The notes below the pieces were generated by a model. It was not told where the DNA came from and searched no databases. It was given only the letters and a program-made list of their open reading frames with translations. DNA of 64,000 bases, taken from Macrostomum lignano. Taxonomy: Eukaryota. The position numbers and the translations under genes are program-made. Location: the NCBI GenBank assembly GCA_002269645.1, contig NIVC01001088.1, positions 1 through 64,000 of the forward strand, in the 5' to 3' direction. This document shows, piece after piece, positions 25,881-38,500 of this stretch (positions are counted from its first letter, which is position 1; every line of letters starts with the position of its first letter).

Positions 25881-26777
25881 TTTAATCACCCACATTTCTA
25901 TCCTCTTCTGGTCTCTCATTTTGTATTTTAAAAGTTCTCTAATAATTTCCCCTTCCACTAAGCCAACAGCAGTTAGTCTTATTTGCCAAAGGCTGCAGCA
26001 CACTTCTAGTCCTCCAAAAAAAATGGCTATTGTTTTCGCTTCAACCAACATGTATTGCCGATTGTAGATATTTATTAATTGCAAAATATTTAATTTTTAA
26101 TGTATTTTTTTTGTACCTGAGTATTGTATATGCTATAATTTTTATACATTTGTAACGCAATAAACAGCTTATCAATATAGTCAATATAGCTATTTAAAAT
26201 TCTAATATTAATGAGCATTTTCTAAGCTTATCAGTAGTATGTCAAGCGTGCTTTATATTTCTCTTATTTAATGAGTTTTTGAGTTTTTGTAATCTCCAGC
26301 GTTATGCTGATTTTTTCACTTGGCCATGTATGATTTATTTAATTTACCAATGACTTAGTTGCCATGGCATCTATTATAATTTATAAAGCATTTTATTACT
26401 TAGCTCCATAGTTTAAAAGTAGATTGTTGCTTTTAATTTTGCCGTCGTGTAAACTAATTTATATATTGCTATTAGTAGTTGACTTTAAAATGTTTCTGGA
26501 ACAGCTGTTTCTTTATTTAATGCTTGCTTATTTATTGATTTACTTAACTTTATTCTTTATTAATTACTTCGTAAATGATTTTGTTAGTGCTCTTTTAATT
26601 TTTTCAAGTTTTTTCTGAAATTGCCAATTACTGAAGGAGCAGCAAGGATCTCCAAATTGCCTGGCTATTGTGTAAGATTTGTTCTGGTCTCAGTTCTTTG
26701 ATTTGCAAATTTGAAAAGCATTTACTTTGATATCTGGATTTTAGGGCTAAGTTGTCAGTTTTTTTCTTTTTTGAGGG

Positions 26778-27082
26778 TCAAGCAACTCCGCTTTGAGCCA
26801 TGGCATCTCAGCAACTCCGCTTTGAGTCAATTGGCATCTCAGCAACTCCCCATTGAGTCAATTGGCATCTCAGCAACTCCCCATTGAGTCAATTGGCATC
26901 TCAGCAACTCCCCATTGAGTCAATTGGCATCTCAGCAACTCCCCATTCAGTCAATTGGCATCTCAGCAACTCCCCATTCAGTCAATTGGCATCTCAGCAA
27001 CTCCCCATTCAGTCAATTGGCATCTCAGCAACTCCCCATTCAGTCAATTGGCATCTCAGCAACCCCCCAGAAAGCCATGGCA
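26778..27082. repeat. 31-bp minisatellite (ctcagcaactccccattsagtcaattggcat)
   Basis: Period of 31 measured between 26931 and 26962. Confidence 0.93.
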
Positions 27083-27303
27083 TCTCATACTTTATTCTAT
27101 TGAAAAGTTAAGATTTAGGCTTGTTAGCAAGGGAGTAAAATCTCGATTTTTTCTTTGATGAAGACATTTATTGTAAATCCTAAATTATTGATTTGTTTCA
27201 ATTATACAATTTCAGCCAGATCAAAAGACCTCTCCACTATCAGAGACAGGAGTGTGCCAGACCTATCAAAGAAACTCACCGCTGTTAAGTTGGCTGCCTC
27301 TTA

Positions 27304-28131
27304 ATGGACCAGCAGCAGCAGCAGCAGCAGCAGCAAGACTCTTCTGTTGTGTCAGATGGCGCCTCAGCCACCAGTCCGCAGCAGCCGCCAGTTACGGTGA
27401 AATGCGTGGCAGTTGGAGATTCCTGCGTAGGCAAAACAGCCAGCCTAATCAGCTACACAACTAACGGCTTCCCCAATGCCTATACGCCAACCACATATGA
27501 CACTTATTCTATTGATGTTCGCGTTGATCACCGCTGGTGCCGGGTGGCTCTGTGCGACACTCCCGGCTTGGACCATTTCGAGCAGATCCGCCCCTTAGCC
27601 TACCCGGACGCGCACGTGTTTCTGTTGTGCTTCGCAGTCGCCCAGCCGGAGTCGCTGGAGTCCTTGAAAGCCAAGTGGCTGCCGGAGCTGAATGAGCATG
27701 CTCCGGCGCACGCCGCTCGGCTGCTTATTGGTTTGAAATCCGATCAACGCGACGACGCGTCGATATTGTTAGACTTGTCGTTGAAGAATTCTGCACCGGT
27801 TAGTAAAGAGGAGGCCGAGAAGGCCTGCAGACAGCTTGGCGCACTGGAGTACATCGAGTGCAGCGCGCTGACTCAGAAATGTCTCAAAGAAGTGTTCGAC
27901 ACGGCCATCTGGGCCGGTTCGAGTGTTCAAGAAGCCCTGGCTACTGGGGCGGCGGCGTCCGGCAAGTCTGGCAAGTCGCGAGGCAAGAAATCCAAAAGCT
28001 CAAAGGTGAGCGACCAGAGCGGCTGCAAGTTGATGGCTAAAAGAGGCGCGGATGGCGCCAGGCAGCAGCAGCAGAAATCTTCCGGCTTGTTGCAACGACT
28101 TTTCTGCGTGGCCGATCACTCCGCGAACTGA
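27304..28131 (+). CDS. RhoU/RhoV (Wrch-1/Chp)-family small GTPase; intronless ORF with atypical catalytic residues
   Basis: VKCVAVGDSCVGKT, SYTTNGFP, LCDTPGLD, YIECSALTQKCLKEVFDTAI align ungapped to the RhoU/V core. N-terminal extension; basic K-rich tail ending LFCVADHSAN (no CAAX). AATAAA at 28139-28144. Confidence 0.92.
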   Translation: MDQQQQQQQQQDSSVVSDGASATSPQQPPVTVKCVAVGDSCVGKTASLISYTTNGFPNAYTPTTYDTYSIDVRVDHRWCRVALCDTPGLDHFEQIRPLAYPDAHVFLLCFAVAQPESLESLKAKWLPELNEHAPAHAARLLIGLKSDQRDDASILLDLSLKNSAPVSKEEAEKACRQLGALEYIECSALTQKCLKEVFDTAIWAGSSVQEALATGAAASGKSGKSRGKKSKSSKVSDQSGCKLMAKRGADGARQQQQKSSGLLQRLFCVADHSAN

Positions 28132-28494
28132 GCGAATTAATAAATCAATTATCGATTTTTATTGCTTATCTATTTTCATTAATTAATAATAATTTATTTC
28201 TCTTCTAATTCTATTGTGCATTGTTTTTAACCTGGGTAAAAACTTGCTTTTTAAGGTTTTTTTAGCACCTGCCTTGTTGCAGAGTAACATGTAGAATGTA
28301 AAGTATTGTGTGTACTCTGAATTTTTCTCCTGCTATACATTTACGAGTCCAGAGATTTTTATTTTCTGTCTGCCTGGATCGTTAAATAATCAAATATTAT
28401 TTGATTATTCCCCACATGTTGATATAATGGGCCTCGTTCTTCTTATATTAATTTTGAAGGAGTTATGAAACTTGTTGGTCAGTAAGTTACTCTT

Positions 28495-29190
28495 ATTGCC
28501 CTTTTCCACTTTTACCCATTTCCTCTTTCTCCTCTCCCGCCTTTCCCCCTCTTTCTCCTCTCCCCTCTCTTCCCCTCTCCCCTCTCCCCTCTTTTCCCCT
28601 CTCCCCCTTTCCCCTCTCCCCTCTTTCCCCCTCTTTCCCCTCTTTCCCCTCTTTTCCACTCTCCCCTCTTTTCCCTCCCCCTCTTCCCCTCTTTCCGCTC
28701 TTCCCCTCTGTCCCCTCTTCCCCCTTTTCCCCTCTTCCCCTCTTCCTCTTTTCCCCTCTTCCCCTCTTCCCCCTTTTCCCCTCTTCCCCTCTTCCCCCTT
28801 TTCCCCTCTTCCCCTCTTCCTCTTTTCCCCTCTTCCCCTCTTCCCCCTTTTCCCCTCTTCCCCTCTTCCCCCTTTTCCCCTCTTCCCCTCTAACCCTTTT
28901 TCCCCTTTTCCCCTCTAACCCCTTTTCCCCTCTTCCCCTCTTCCCCCTTTTACCCTCTTTCCGCTCTTCCCCTCTGTCCCCTCTTCCCCCCTCTTCCCCT
29001 CTTCCCCCTTTTTCCCCGCTTTCCGCTTTTCCCCTCTGTCCCCTCTTTCCCCTTTTCCCCTCTTCCCCTCTTCCCCCTTTTCCCCTCTTTCCGCTCTTCC
29101 CCCTTTTCCCCTCTTCCCCTCTTCCCCCTTTTCCCCTCTTTCCACTCTTCCCCTCTGTCCCCTCTTTCCCCTCTTTTCGTCCTTTCCTTT
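28495..29190. repeat. Polypyrimidine repeat (ttcccctc/ttttcccctc)n
   Basis: Direct observation. Confidence 0.95.
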
Positions 29191-29982
29191 TTCCCTTGAT
29201 CTTTTTTATTTTCAAAGGAATTCCTTTCTTCTCTCGTGGCTATTAAAATGATCAATTTTTATTATTGACTTTTTAAAATAAAATCGATTTGTTTAGTATC
29301 TCTTGATCATAAAACACTCAGTGATGCAATAATATAGCCCAACTTCGCGTGCTTGCATGTAAACGGAAGATGATTTGTAGCGTGTTAAAATTTTTGACCT
29401 ATCAAGTATATTTTATCATGTTTTATCGTATTGAGATGCATACATTTGTGTAAGTATTATTGTACGAGTAACAATATGCTTGTCAATGAGCTCAGTTTCA
29501 CAATAAAATGTATTAATAATGATTTAACAGTATATAAAGTTCTATAACGGAAATTGTCTTGAAAAGTGCATTGCTAATGTTCTTTTCGTAAACCCAGCCA
29601 TCGTTAAAAACTTAAATACATCGATATCCTATGCGTCAGAAATAAATTAATAAACAAACACCTACACATATTGTTTATTAGACAATTTTGTGATAATTCG
29701 AGTGTATTAATACAGTTGGTTTCCTGAACTTTTTTAGCTAATAGTTTGTAACTTTAATTAGTAAGTTTTATTATCTAAAAGTTTTGTTACTTCAGTTTTA
29801 TTGCATGTTTTAATCTATGTTATATCCACTGTGCTCACAGCTGCTCCGTGTGCTGCAAATATTACAATATAACGACTTGTATTCGTTACAATTCTCTCTA
29901 ATAATACTACTGACGCCTTTCACTCAGTAGTATGATTAATAACCCACTACATTTTTGGGGAGTACAGCGAGCGGCAATATTG

Positions 29983-30028
29983 TGTCTGTCGGTCTGTCTG
30001 TCTGTCTGTCTGTCTCTGTCTGTCTGTC

Positions 30029-30115
<87 letters not shown>

Positions 30116-30174
30116 GACTGTGTGTCTGTCTGTGTGTCTGTCTGTCTGTCTGTCTGCCTGTCTGTCTGTCTGAC

Positions 30175-30235
<61 letters not shown>

Positions 30236-30268
30236 GACTGTCTGCCTGTCTGTCTGTCTGCCTGCCTA

Positions 30269-30301
<33 letters not shown>

Positions 30302-30315
30302 GACTGTCTGTCTGC

Positions 30316-30349
<34 letters not shown>

Positions 30350-30435
30350 GTCTGTCTGTCTTTCTGTTTATCTGTCTGTCTCTCTGCCTGCCTATGTCTG
30401 TCTGTCTTAGTGTCTGTTTGTTTTTCTGTCTGTGT
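29983..30435. repeat. (TCTG)n microsatellite
   Basis: Direct observation. Confidence 0.97.
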
Positions 30436-30919
30436 GTGTGTATGTTTCGTTGATCTTCCGAAAGAACCCCAGTTGATTCAGTTGAATGTTTATTTCATCT
30501 ACTATTCTCAACAGTTTTGGCTTACCAGCCGTATTCACATAGTAAAAAGATCTCCCCGAAAAATGCAGAGAAGGCATGCAGTGTTTATATATCAAATAGT
30601 ATTTTATATTACATTCTGCAATTTGCGTCTAATTCCATGCAAACCTGATGCTGTTAAGCTACTGTAAGTAGTAACAAAACCAGTTTTTTTAAATGATTTT
30701 TTGTAAAACGAAATTGAATGCATGATTTTGCTTGTTTGTTTTTCAACTACCAATCTGTTTATTTATTTAATGTATATCATAAATAAAAGCTTGTTTCAGA
30801 ATTTACCGCCACTATATGTTGGCTTTTGCCTGGTGTAGCTTAATTTTAACCTGACTTCTTCACGCTCAAGAACTTAATCAAGTTTTTTATTTACTTGTCT
30901 TTTCATTGAAATTACATTT

Positions 30920-31560
30920 CCAGATCTCAGTTGCTGGGTCACCAGCTGCCCAGATCCTCAGTTGCTGGGCCAGCCTCCCAGATCCTCAGTTGCTGGGCCA
31001 GCCTCCCAGATCCTCAGTTGCTGGGCCAGCCTCCCAGATCCTCAGTTGCTGGGCCAGCCTCCCAGATCTTCAGTTGCTGGGCCAGCCTCCCAGATCCTCA
31101 GTTGCTGGGCCACCAGCCTCTCAGATCCTCAGTTGCTGGGCCAGCCTCCCAGATCCTCAGTTGCTGGGCCAGCCTCCCAGATCCTCAGTTGCTGGGCCAC
31201 CAACCTCTCAGATTCTCAGTTGCTGGGCCAGCCTCCCAGATCCTCAGTTGCTGGGCCACCAGCCTCTCAGATCCTCAGTTGCTGGGCCAGCCTCCAGATC
31301 CTCAGTTGCTGGGCCAGCCTCCCATATCCTCAGTTGCTGGGCCAGCCTCCCAGATCCTCAGTTGCTGGGCCAGCCTCCCAGATCCTCAGTTGCTGGGCCA
31401 CCAACCTCTCAGATCCTCAGTTGCTGGGCCACCAACCTCTCAGATCCTCAGTTGCTGAGCCAGCCTCCCAGATCCTCAGTTGCTGGGCCATCAGCCTCCC
31501 AGATCCTCAGTTGCTGGGCCATCAGCCTCCCAGATCCTCAGTTTCTGGGCCACCAGCCTC
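30920..31560. repeat. 28/32-bp minisatellite (cagatcctcagttgctgggccagcctcc)
   Basis: Direct tandem repeats. Confidence 0.95.
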
Positions 31561-32555
31561 CCTCTTAGCAGGCCAGAGCTCAGATAAAGAATTTGACGCG
31601 GAATTCCTTTTGGCACACAGCACAGTCGGAGCAGGTGAACCCAGCTCCAAATCTCTCTTATCTCTGTACTCGTACTTTATTCATCTGGAATAGCGAAATG
31701 AGCCGAGCCAGGAAGCCATATAAATTAATTAGTATTGATTGCTTAGCTGAATAAGGCCACGGCTTTGGGAGAAGGGAGAAGGGCGGATCAGGGTTTGTTG
31801 GGGGCCGATGGGGGTCTGATTGTAGCATCTGCAGAGACTAGTTGTTGTCCGCCCAGCAACTGCAGCCAGTATTTCATAGTTGGGAGTCTCAAATTCCCTG
31901 TCTCTCTCTCCACGCTATGCTCTAGCTTTGGGGGGGGGTGTACTCACTCACTCGCTCGCATGTACTCTTCTCAGTCTCTGCCTTCCTCTCTGCCGGCAAA
32001 TTTTATGCTGGCTATTTAATATCAAATATAATCTATAGCTGGGATCTGTGTATTAGATATCTATAGCTGTAGCCGGGGTATAATTCAGCATCATCATATC
32101 TAAGACTCCGATTGGCTAGTTGCTGGGGGGGGGGTTGGTTGGGGACGAACTAGGGAGAAAAAAGAGCTCGTTCTTTGCAGCATCCCTGGAGTGCCATCCC
32201 AAATTTTCTTCTCTCCCTTCTACTGTAGGGGAGTAGAAGTACACTTCCCAGCTGCTCCCATCTCTCCCCAAGCCGCTATGCAGTGCATGAGACAGGCAGG
32301 CAGACATGCTGGGATAGCTGAGCTAGGGGAAGTCTGAAAGAGCTGATGAGGGGAACAGAGGGACCAGGGGTAGAGAACAGAGGAGGAGAAAGGACTGGTG
32401 GGTACGCGGATGAAATAGGTCCAGTTTTTAAAAGCAGACTTCTCACACCCCCCCCCCTCTTATGCTGTCGACGCATTTTGGCGATCCAAGCTGTTGCTTC
32501 TAAAGGCAGAGTTTTTGGCTTCTATAGCTGCTATTGAGCTTTGACTGATTAAATA

Positions 32556-35500
32556 ATGCAGCCCTGGGCCGCCGTTGTGATCTCACTGCTCACTGTGATT
32601 GTGATTGCCCTGCTGGCCTACATCATCTTGAGGATATTTTTCCCTAACCAGCTGGAGACTCTGTTCGCTATAGGAGAGGAGCGCCTCTCCCTGACTAAAT
32701 CCGACAGCCGGGCCAACTACTATGCTGCGGTGAGCTGGGGTCTGTGTAGCTGCCTCATCTGTCCATGTGCCGATCTGTCTTCATGGCTGCGCATCTATCC
32801 ACCTCATCCAGCCATCCATCTACCCATCCACCCATCCATTCCCCCATCCACCCATCCATCCTTCCACCCACCCACCCATCCATCCATCCATCCATCCCCC
32901 ACCCATCCATTCCCCCATCCACCCATCCATCCTTCCACCCACCCACCCATCCATCCATCCATCCATCCCCCACCCATCCATCCACCCATCCATCCATCCA
33001 TCCCCCATCCATCCATCCACCCATCCATCCATCCACCCGCCCATCCATCCCCCACCCATCCACCCATCCATCCACCCGCCCATCCATCCACCCGCCCATC
33101 CATCCACCCGCCCATCCATCCCCACCCATCCATCCACCCATCCATCCATCCACCCGCCCATCCATCCCCCACCCATCCATCCACCCATCCATCCATCCAC
33201 CCGCCCATCCATCCCCCACCCATCCATCCATCCACCCGCCCATCCATTCCCCACCCATCCATCCATCCATCCACCCGCCCATCCATCCATCCATCCATCC
33301 ATCCACCCGCCCATCCATCCCCACCCATCCATCCATCTATCCACCCGCCCATCCATCCATCCATCCATCCATCCATCCACCCGCCCATCCATCCATCCAT
33401 CCATCCATCCATCCCCCACCCATCCATTCACCCATCCATCCATCCACCCGCCCATCCATCCCCCACCCATCCATCCACCCGCCCATCCATCCCCCACCCA
33501 TCCATCCACCCGCCCATCCATCCCCCACCCATCCATCCACCCATCCATTCACCCGTCCACCCATCCCCCACCCATCCACCCATCCATTCAACCACCCATC
33601 CATTCAACCATCCATCCACCCGCCCATCCATCCCCCACCCATCCATCCATCCTCCCATCCATCCACCCGTCCATCCATCCACCCGTCCATCCATCCACCC
33701 GCCCATTCATCCCCCACCCATCCATCCATCCACCCATCCATTCACCCATCCACCCATCGATCCATCCATCCATACATGCATACGTTTAGCCGATCTACCG
33801 AACAATATTTTCATCTAATAATCCTAATTAGCAAGTGCTATTATCCCCAGCATCCAAACTGCATCATACCGTAATCATATTTCCCAAGTGCCAATTCGAG
33901 CAGTGCAAATTCAGTGGAGTGCCGGCTTTAGCGACACTCCAGAGCCGCAGGGAGAGTGCAGAGGCAGCAACATTCACCCTCTCCCCCATCAGCTGTCACT
34001 GCTGTCAGGATGCCGTCTAGCTCTGGAGCCTCTGTAATTTGATTTCCAATCCCACTTCCCTCCCGCACTGCCTGCTACTAGAGGCCTTGCATATGAGAGA
34101 AAGTGACAGCCAGTCCCGCATGGCTGAGTGACCCTCCTGACGGCTGGCATTCAGAGTCCTTGGGGGCTGCACAACACGATGGGGCTCCTGGGCCTAGGGA
34201 GAGTTTCTGCGTGCGTGACTCTTCGCACTTTTTTGTGTCCCTTGACAGTCAGTGCAGTGCAACAACTCATAGCTGCCGCCTTAGTTCCTGTCTCTCCTCT
34301 TCATCTGACATCTCGCTGCGAGGGTTCTACATGTATTAGTGGGGAAGGTTGGCGCCCACCTTGAAGGCGCCATTTTATTCAAGTAACGCCAGCACCGTGA
34401 GGCGCCAGCATTAGAGGCGCCAGAATTAGAGGCGCCAGCACCATGAGGCGCCAGCATTAGAGGCGCCAGCACCATGAGGCGCCAATACCATGAGGCGCCA
34501 GCATTAGAGGCGCCAGCACCATGAGGCGCCAGCATTAGAGGCGCCAGCACCATGAGGCGCCAGCATTAGAGGCGCCAGTACCATGAGGCGCCAGCATTAG
34601 AGGCGCCAGCACCATGAGGCGCCAGCATTAGAGGCGCCAGCACCATGAGGCGCCAGCATTAGAGGCGCCAGCACCATGAGGCGACAGCATTAGAGGCGCC
34701 AGCACCATGAGGCGCCAGCACCATGAGGCGCCAGCACCATGAGGCGCCAGCACCATGAGGCGCCAGCACCATGAGGCGCCAGCATTAGAGGCGCCAGCAC
34801 TATGAGGCGCCAGCATTAGAGGCGCCAGCACCATGAGGCGACAGCACCAAGAGGCGCCAGCCAGGCGCCAGCACCATGAGGCGCTATATGGATGTACTTT
34901 TGTCTTGTTTACTGTCACCATTTCAAGGACGGGAGTCGGGACGCCGATGCTGCATATCAACATGGGTTTAGGCGGCCCCTGAACCCTCACCTGGATGCAC
35001 CCCATGCGAGTAGTCTATCCGCGACTATTTAAACTCATGCAGTGGCCATCAGTCAAGACCTATAGGTGATGGTGTCTGACAGGTTGGCTATAGCCCTTGT
35101 CAGTCAAATGGAGGAAAATCTTGATTCCAGAGCTATGTATAATTTTACTGAGAATAGACTGTGATTACGACGAACTTTGCTGAGTGACTAATAATTATCA
35201 GCGCTTTGGATTTTTCAGCATGTCATACATATGGAGACAGTATAGTAAATGTATAGTCGATATAGTATTAACTTTCAATATTTTTTTTCAATCTAGAGTT
35301 ATAAAATGACCAGATTTTCAGACTAGAGTCATAAAATGACCAGATTTTCCATCTAGAGTGATAGATGGACCAGATTTTCAATAAAGAGTCATAAAATGAC
35401 CAGATTTTCCATCTAGAGTGATAGATGGACCAGATTTTCAATAAAGAGTCATAAAATGACCAGATTTTCCATCTAGAGTCATAGATAGACCAGAGCTTCA

Positions 35501-38500
35501 ATCTAGAGTCATAAAATGACCAGATTTTCAATCTAGAGTCATACAATGACCAGAGCTTCAATCTAGAGTCATAAAATGACCAGATTTTCAATCTAGAGTC
35601 ATAAAATGACCAGATTTTCAATCTAGAGTCATAAAATGACCAGATTTTCAATCTAGAGTCATACAAAGAATAAATTTCTAATCTAGAGTCATGCATGCAG
35701 AATGACCAGAGGTTTCCAATTTAAAGTCATGCAATGACCAGATTTTCTATATCCAATCATTAAATGATGAGATTTCTAGTATTACCAAGTTTTTTAATTA
35801 GAAATCACTATCTAAAATGAAACTCCTCATCTTTTAATCCTTGGAGCAGCAGCACCCGGAGACGGGCGCTCAGGTGGCGCAGACGGCGCCAATCGGGCGC
35901 CAGGGCGCCTCTGCCGGTGGCAGCTTCTCGCGGCGCGAATTCCGAGACGATGCCGTTGAGGACAGCGACACCGGGCCAGGGCGTCACAGCCCCGGAGACA
36001 CCACCGGTAAGTCATTCGGGACCTGGGATGAGGGTCACATGCGGCAGAATTTAGTGTCAGCAATGGCGCCAAATTGAATTTCAAAAGTGGCGCCAAACTG
36101 GATGTCAGCTATGGTGTTAAATTAAATCTCAACAATGGCGCCGAATTAAATGCCAAAAATGGCGCCAAAATGAATGTCAATAAAAGCGCCGTACTATCCA
36201 AACCGTTTTCTTTTGTTAGAGTGTCAGTAAGGGTTAAAGCGCCAAGGGAGGCAGAGACGCAGTAGAGAGATAATGAGGGATGCGCCAAAAATCGAGTGGC
36301 GCCAAAAGACGTGTGTCAGAGTGGCGCCAAAAGACGTCTGTCAGAGTGGCGCCAAAAGATGACTGTCAGAGTGGCGCCAAAAGACGATTGTCAGAGTGGC
36401 GCCAAAAGACGACAGTCAGAGTGGCGCCAAAAGACGACTGGCAGAGTGGGACAAAAGACGACTGTCAGAGTGGCGCCAAAAGACGTGTGTCAGAGTGGCG
36501 CCAAAAGACGTCTGTCAGAGTGGCGCCAAAAGATGACTGTCAGAGTGGCGCCAAAAGACGATTGTCAGAGTGGCGCCAAAAGACGACAGTCAGAGTGGCG
36601 CCAAAAGACGACTGGCAGAGTGGGACAAAAGACGACTGTCAGAGTGGCGCCAAAAGACGTGTGTCAGAGTGGCGCCAAAAGAGGTGTGTCAGAGTGGGAC
36701 AAAAGACGTGTGTCAGAGTGGCGCCAAAAGACGTGTGTCAGAGTGGCGCCAAAAGACGTGTGTCAGAGTGGTGCCAAAAGACGATTGTCAGATTGGCGCC
36801 AAAAGACGACTGTCAGAGTGGGACAAAAAAGACGACTGTCAGAGTGGCGCCAAAAGACGATTGTCAGAGTGGCGCCAAAAGACGTGTGTCAGAGTGGCGC
36901 CAAAAGACGTGTGTCAGAGTGGCGCCAAAAGACGTGTGTCAGAGTGGCGCCAAAAGACGATTGTCAGAGTGGCGCCTAAAAGACGACTGTCAGAGTGGGA
37001 CAAAAAAGACGACTGTCAGAGTGGCGCCAAAAGACGATTGTCAGAGTGGCGCCAAAAGACTTGTGTCAGAGTGGCGCCAAAAGACGACTGTCAGAGTGGC
37101 GCCAAAAGACGACTGTGATCAACTTATTAAACAGCAATAAAAAGATTCGTTCGCCCTCCGTTCATGCGCCCGCAGGCTCCGAGTACGAGCCCGGACACAA
37201 CCTTCCCCGCGTTGGCTCGGCCGAGTCGCTGGCCTCGGACACATCCGTGATGGACATGCAGCCGGACGTGTCGCCAATCGGTCAGGTGGAGATCGGGCTT
37301 GAGTACGACAGGGACGTCTCCGAGCTGGTGGTGTCGCTCATCCAGGGTCGGGATCTGGCCTCCAGCGACGCCACCGGAGTCTGCGACATGGACTTCTTCG
37401 CCAGCCTGGCCGTAGTGCCCGACGTGGCCAACATGAAGTCCCAAACTAAGGTGAGCGGCTCTTGACGAAAACTACGAGCCGTAAATAGATCATTAGAATC
37501 TAGATCTATAAATCAGATAGATCATTAGATCATTAGAGTCTAGATCTATAAACCAGATAGATCATTAGATCATTAGAATCTAGATCTATAAACCAGATAG
37601 ATCATTAGAATCTAGATCTATAAACCAGATAGATCATTAGAATCTAGATCTATAAACCAGATAGATCATTAGATCATTAGAATCTAGATCTATAAACTAG
37701 ATGGATCATTAGAATCTAGATCTATAAACCAGATAGATCATTAGAATCTAGATCTATAAACCAGATAGATCATTAGATCATTAGAATCTAGATCTATAAA
37801 CCAGATAGATCATTAGATCATTAGAATCTAGATCTATAAACCAGATAGATCATTAGATCATTAGAATCTAGATCTATAAACCAGATAGATCATTAGATCA
37901 TTAGAATCTAGATCTATAAACCAGATAGATCATTAGATCATTAGAATCTAGATCTATAAACCAGATAGATCATTAGATCATTAGAATCTAGATCTATAAA
38001 CCAGATAGATCATTAGATCATTAGAATCTAGATCTATAAACCAGATAGATCATTAGATCATTAGAATCTAGATCTATAAACCAGATAGATCATTAGATCA
38101 TTAGAATCTAGATCTATAAACTAGATAGATCATTAGAATCTAGATCTATAAACCAGATAAATCATTAGATCATTAGAATCTAGATCTATAAACTAGATGG
38201 ATCATTAGAATCTAGATCTATAAACCAGATAGATCATTAGAATCTAGATCTATAAACCAGATAGATCATTAGATCATTAGAATCTAGATCTATAAACCAG
38301 ATAGATCATTAGATCATTAGAATCTAGATCTATAAACCAGATAGATCATTAGATCATTAGAATCTAGATCTATAAACCAGATAGATCATTAGATCATTAG
38401 AATCTAGATCTATAAACCAGATAGATCATTAGATCATTAGAATCTAGATCTATAAACTAGATAGATCATTAGAATCTAGATCTATAAACCAGATAAATCA

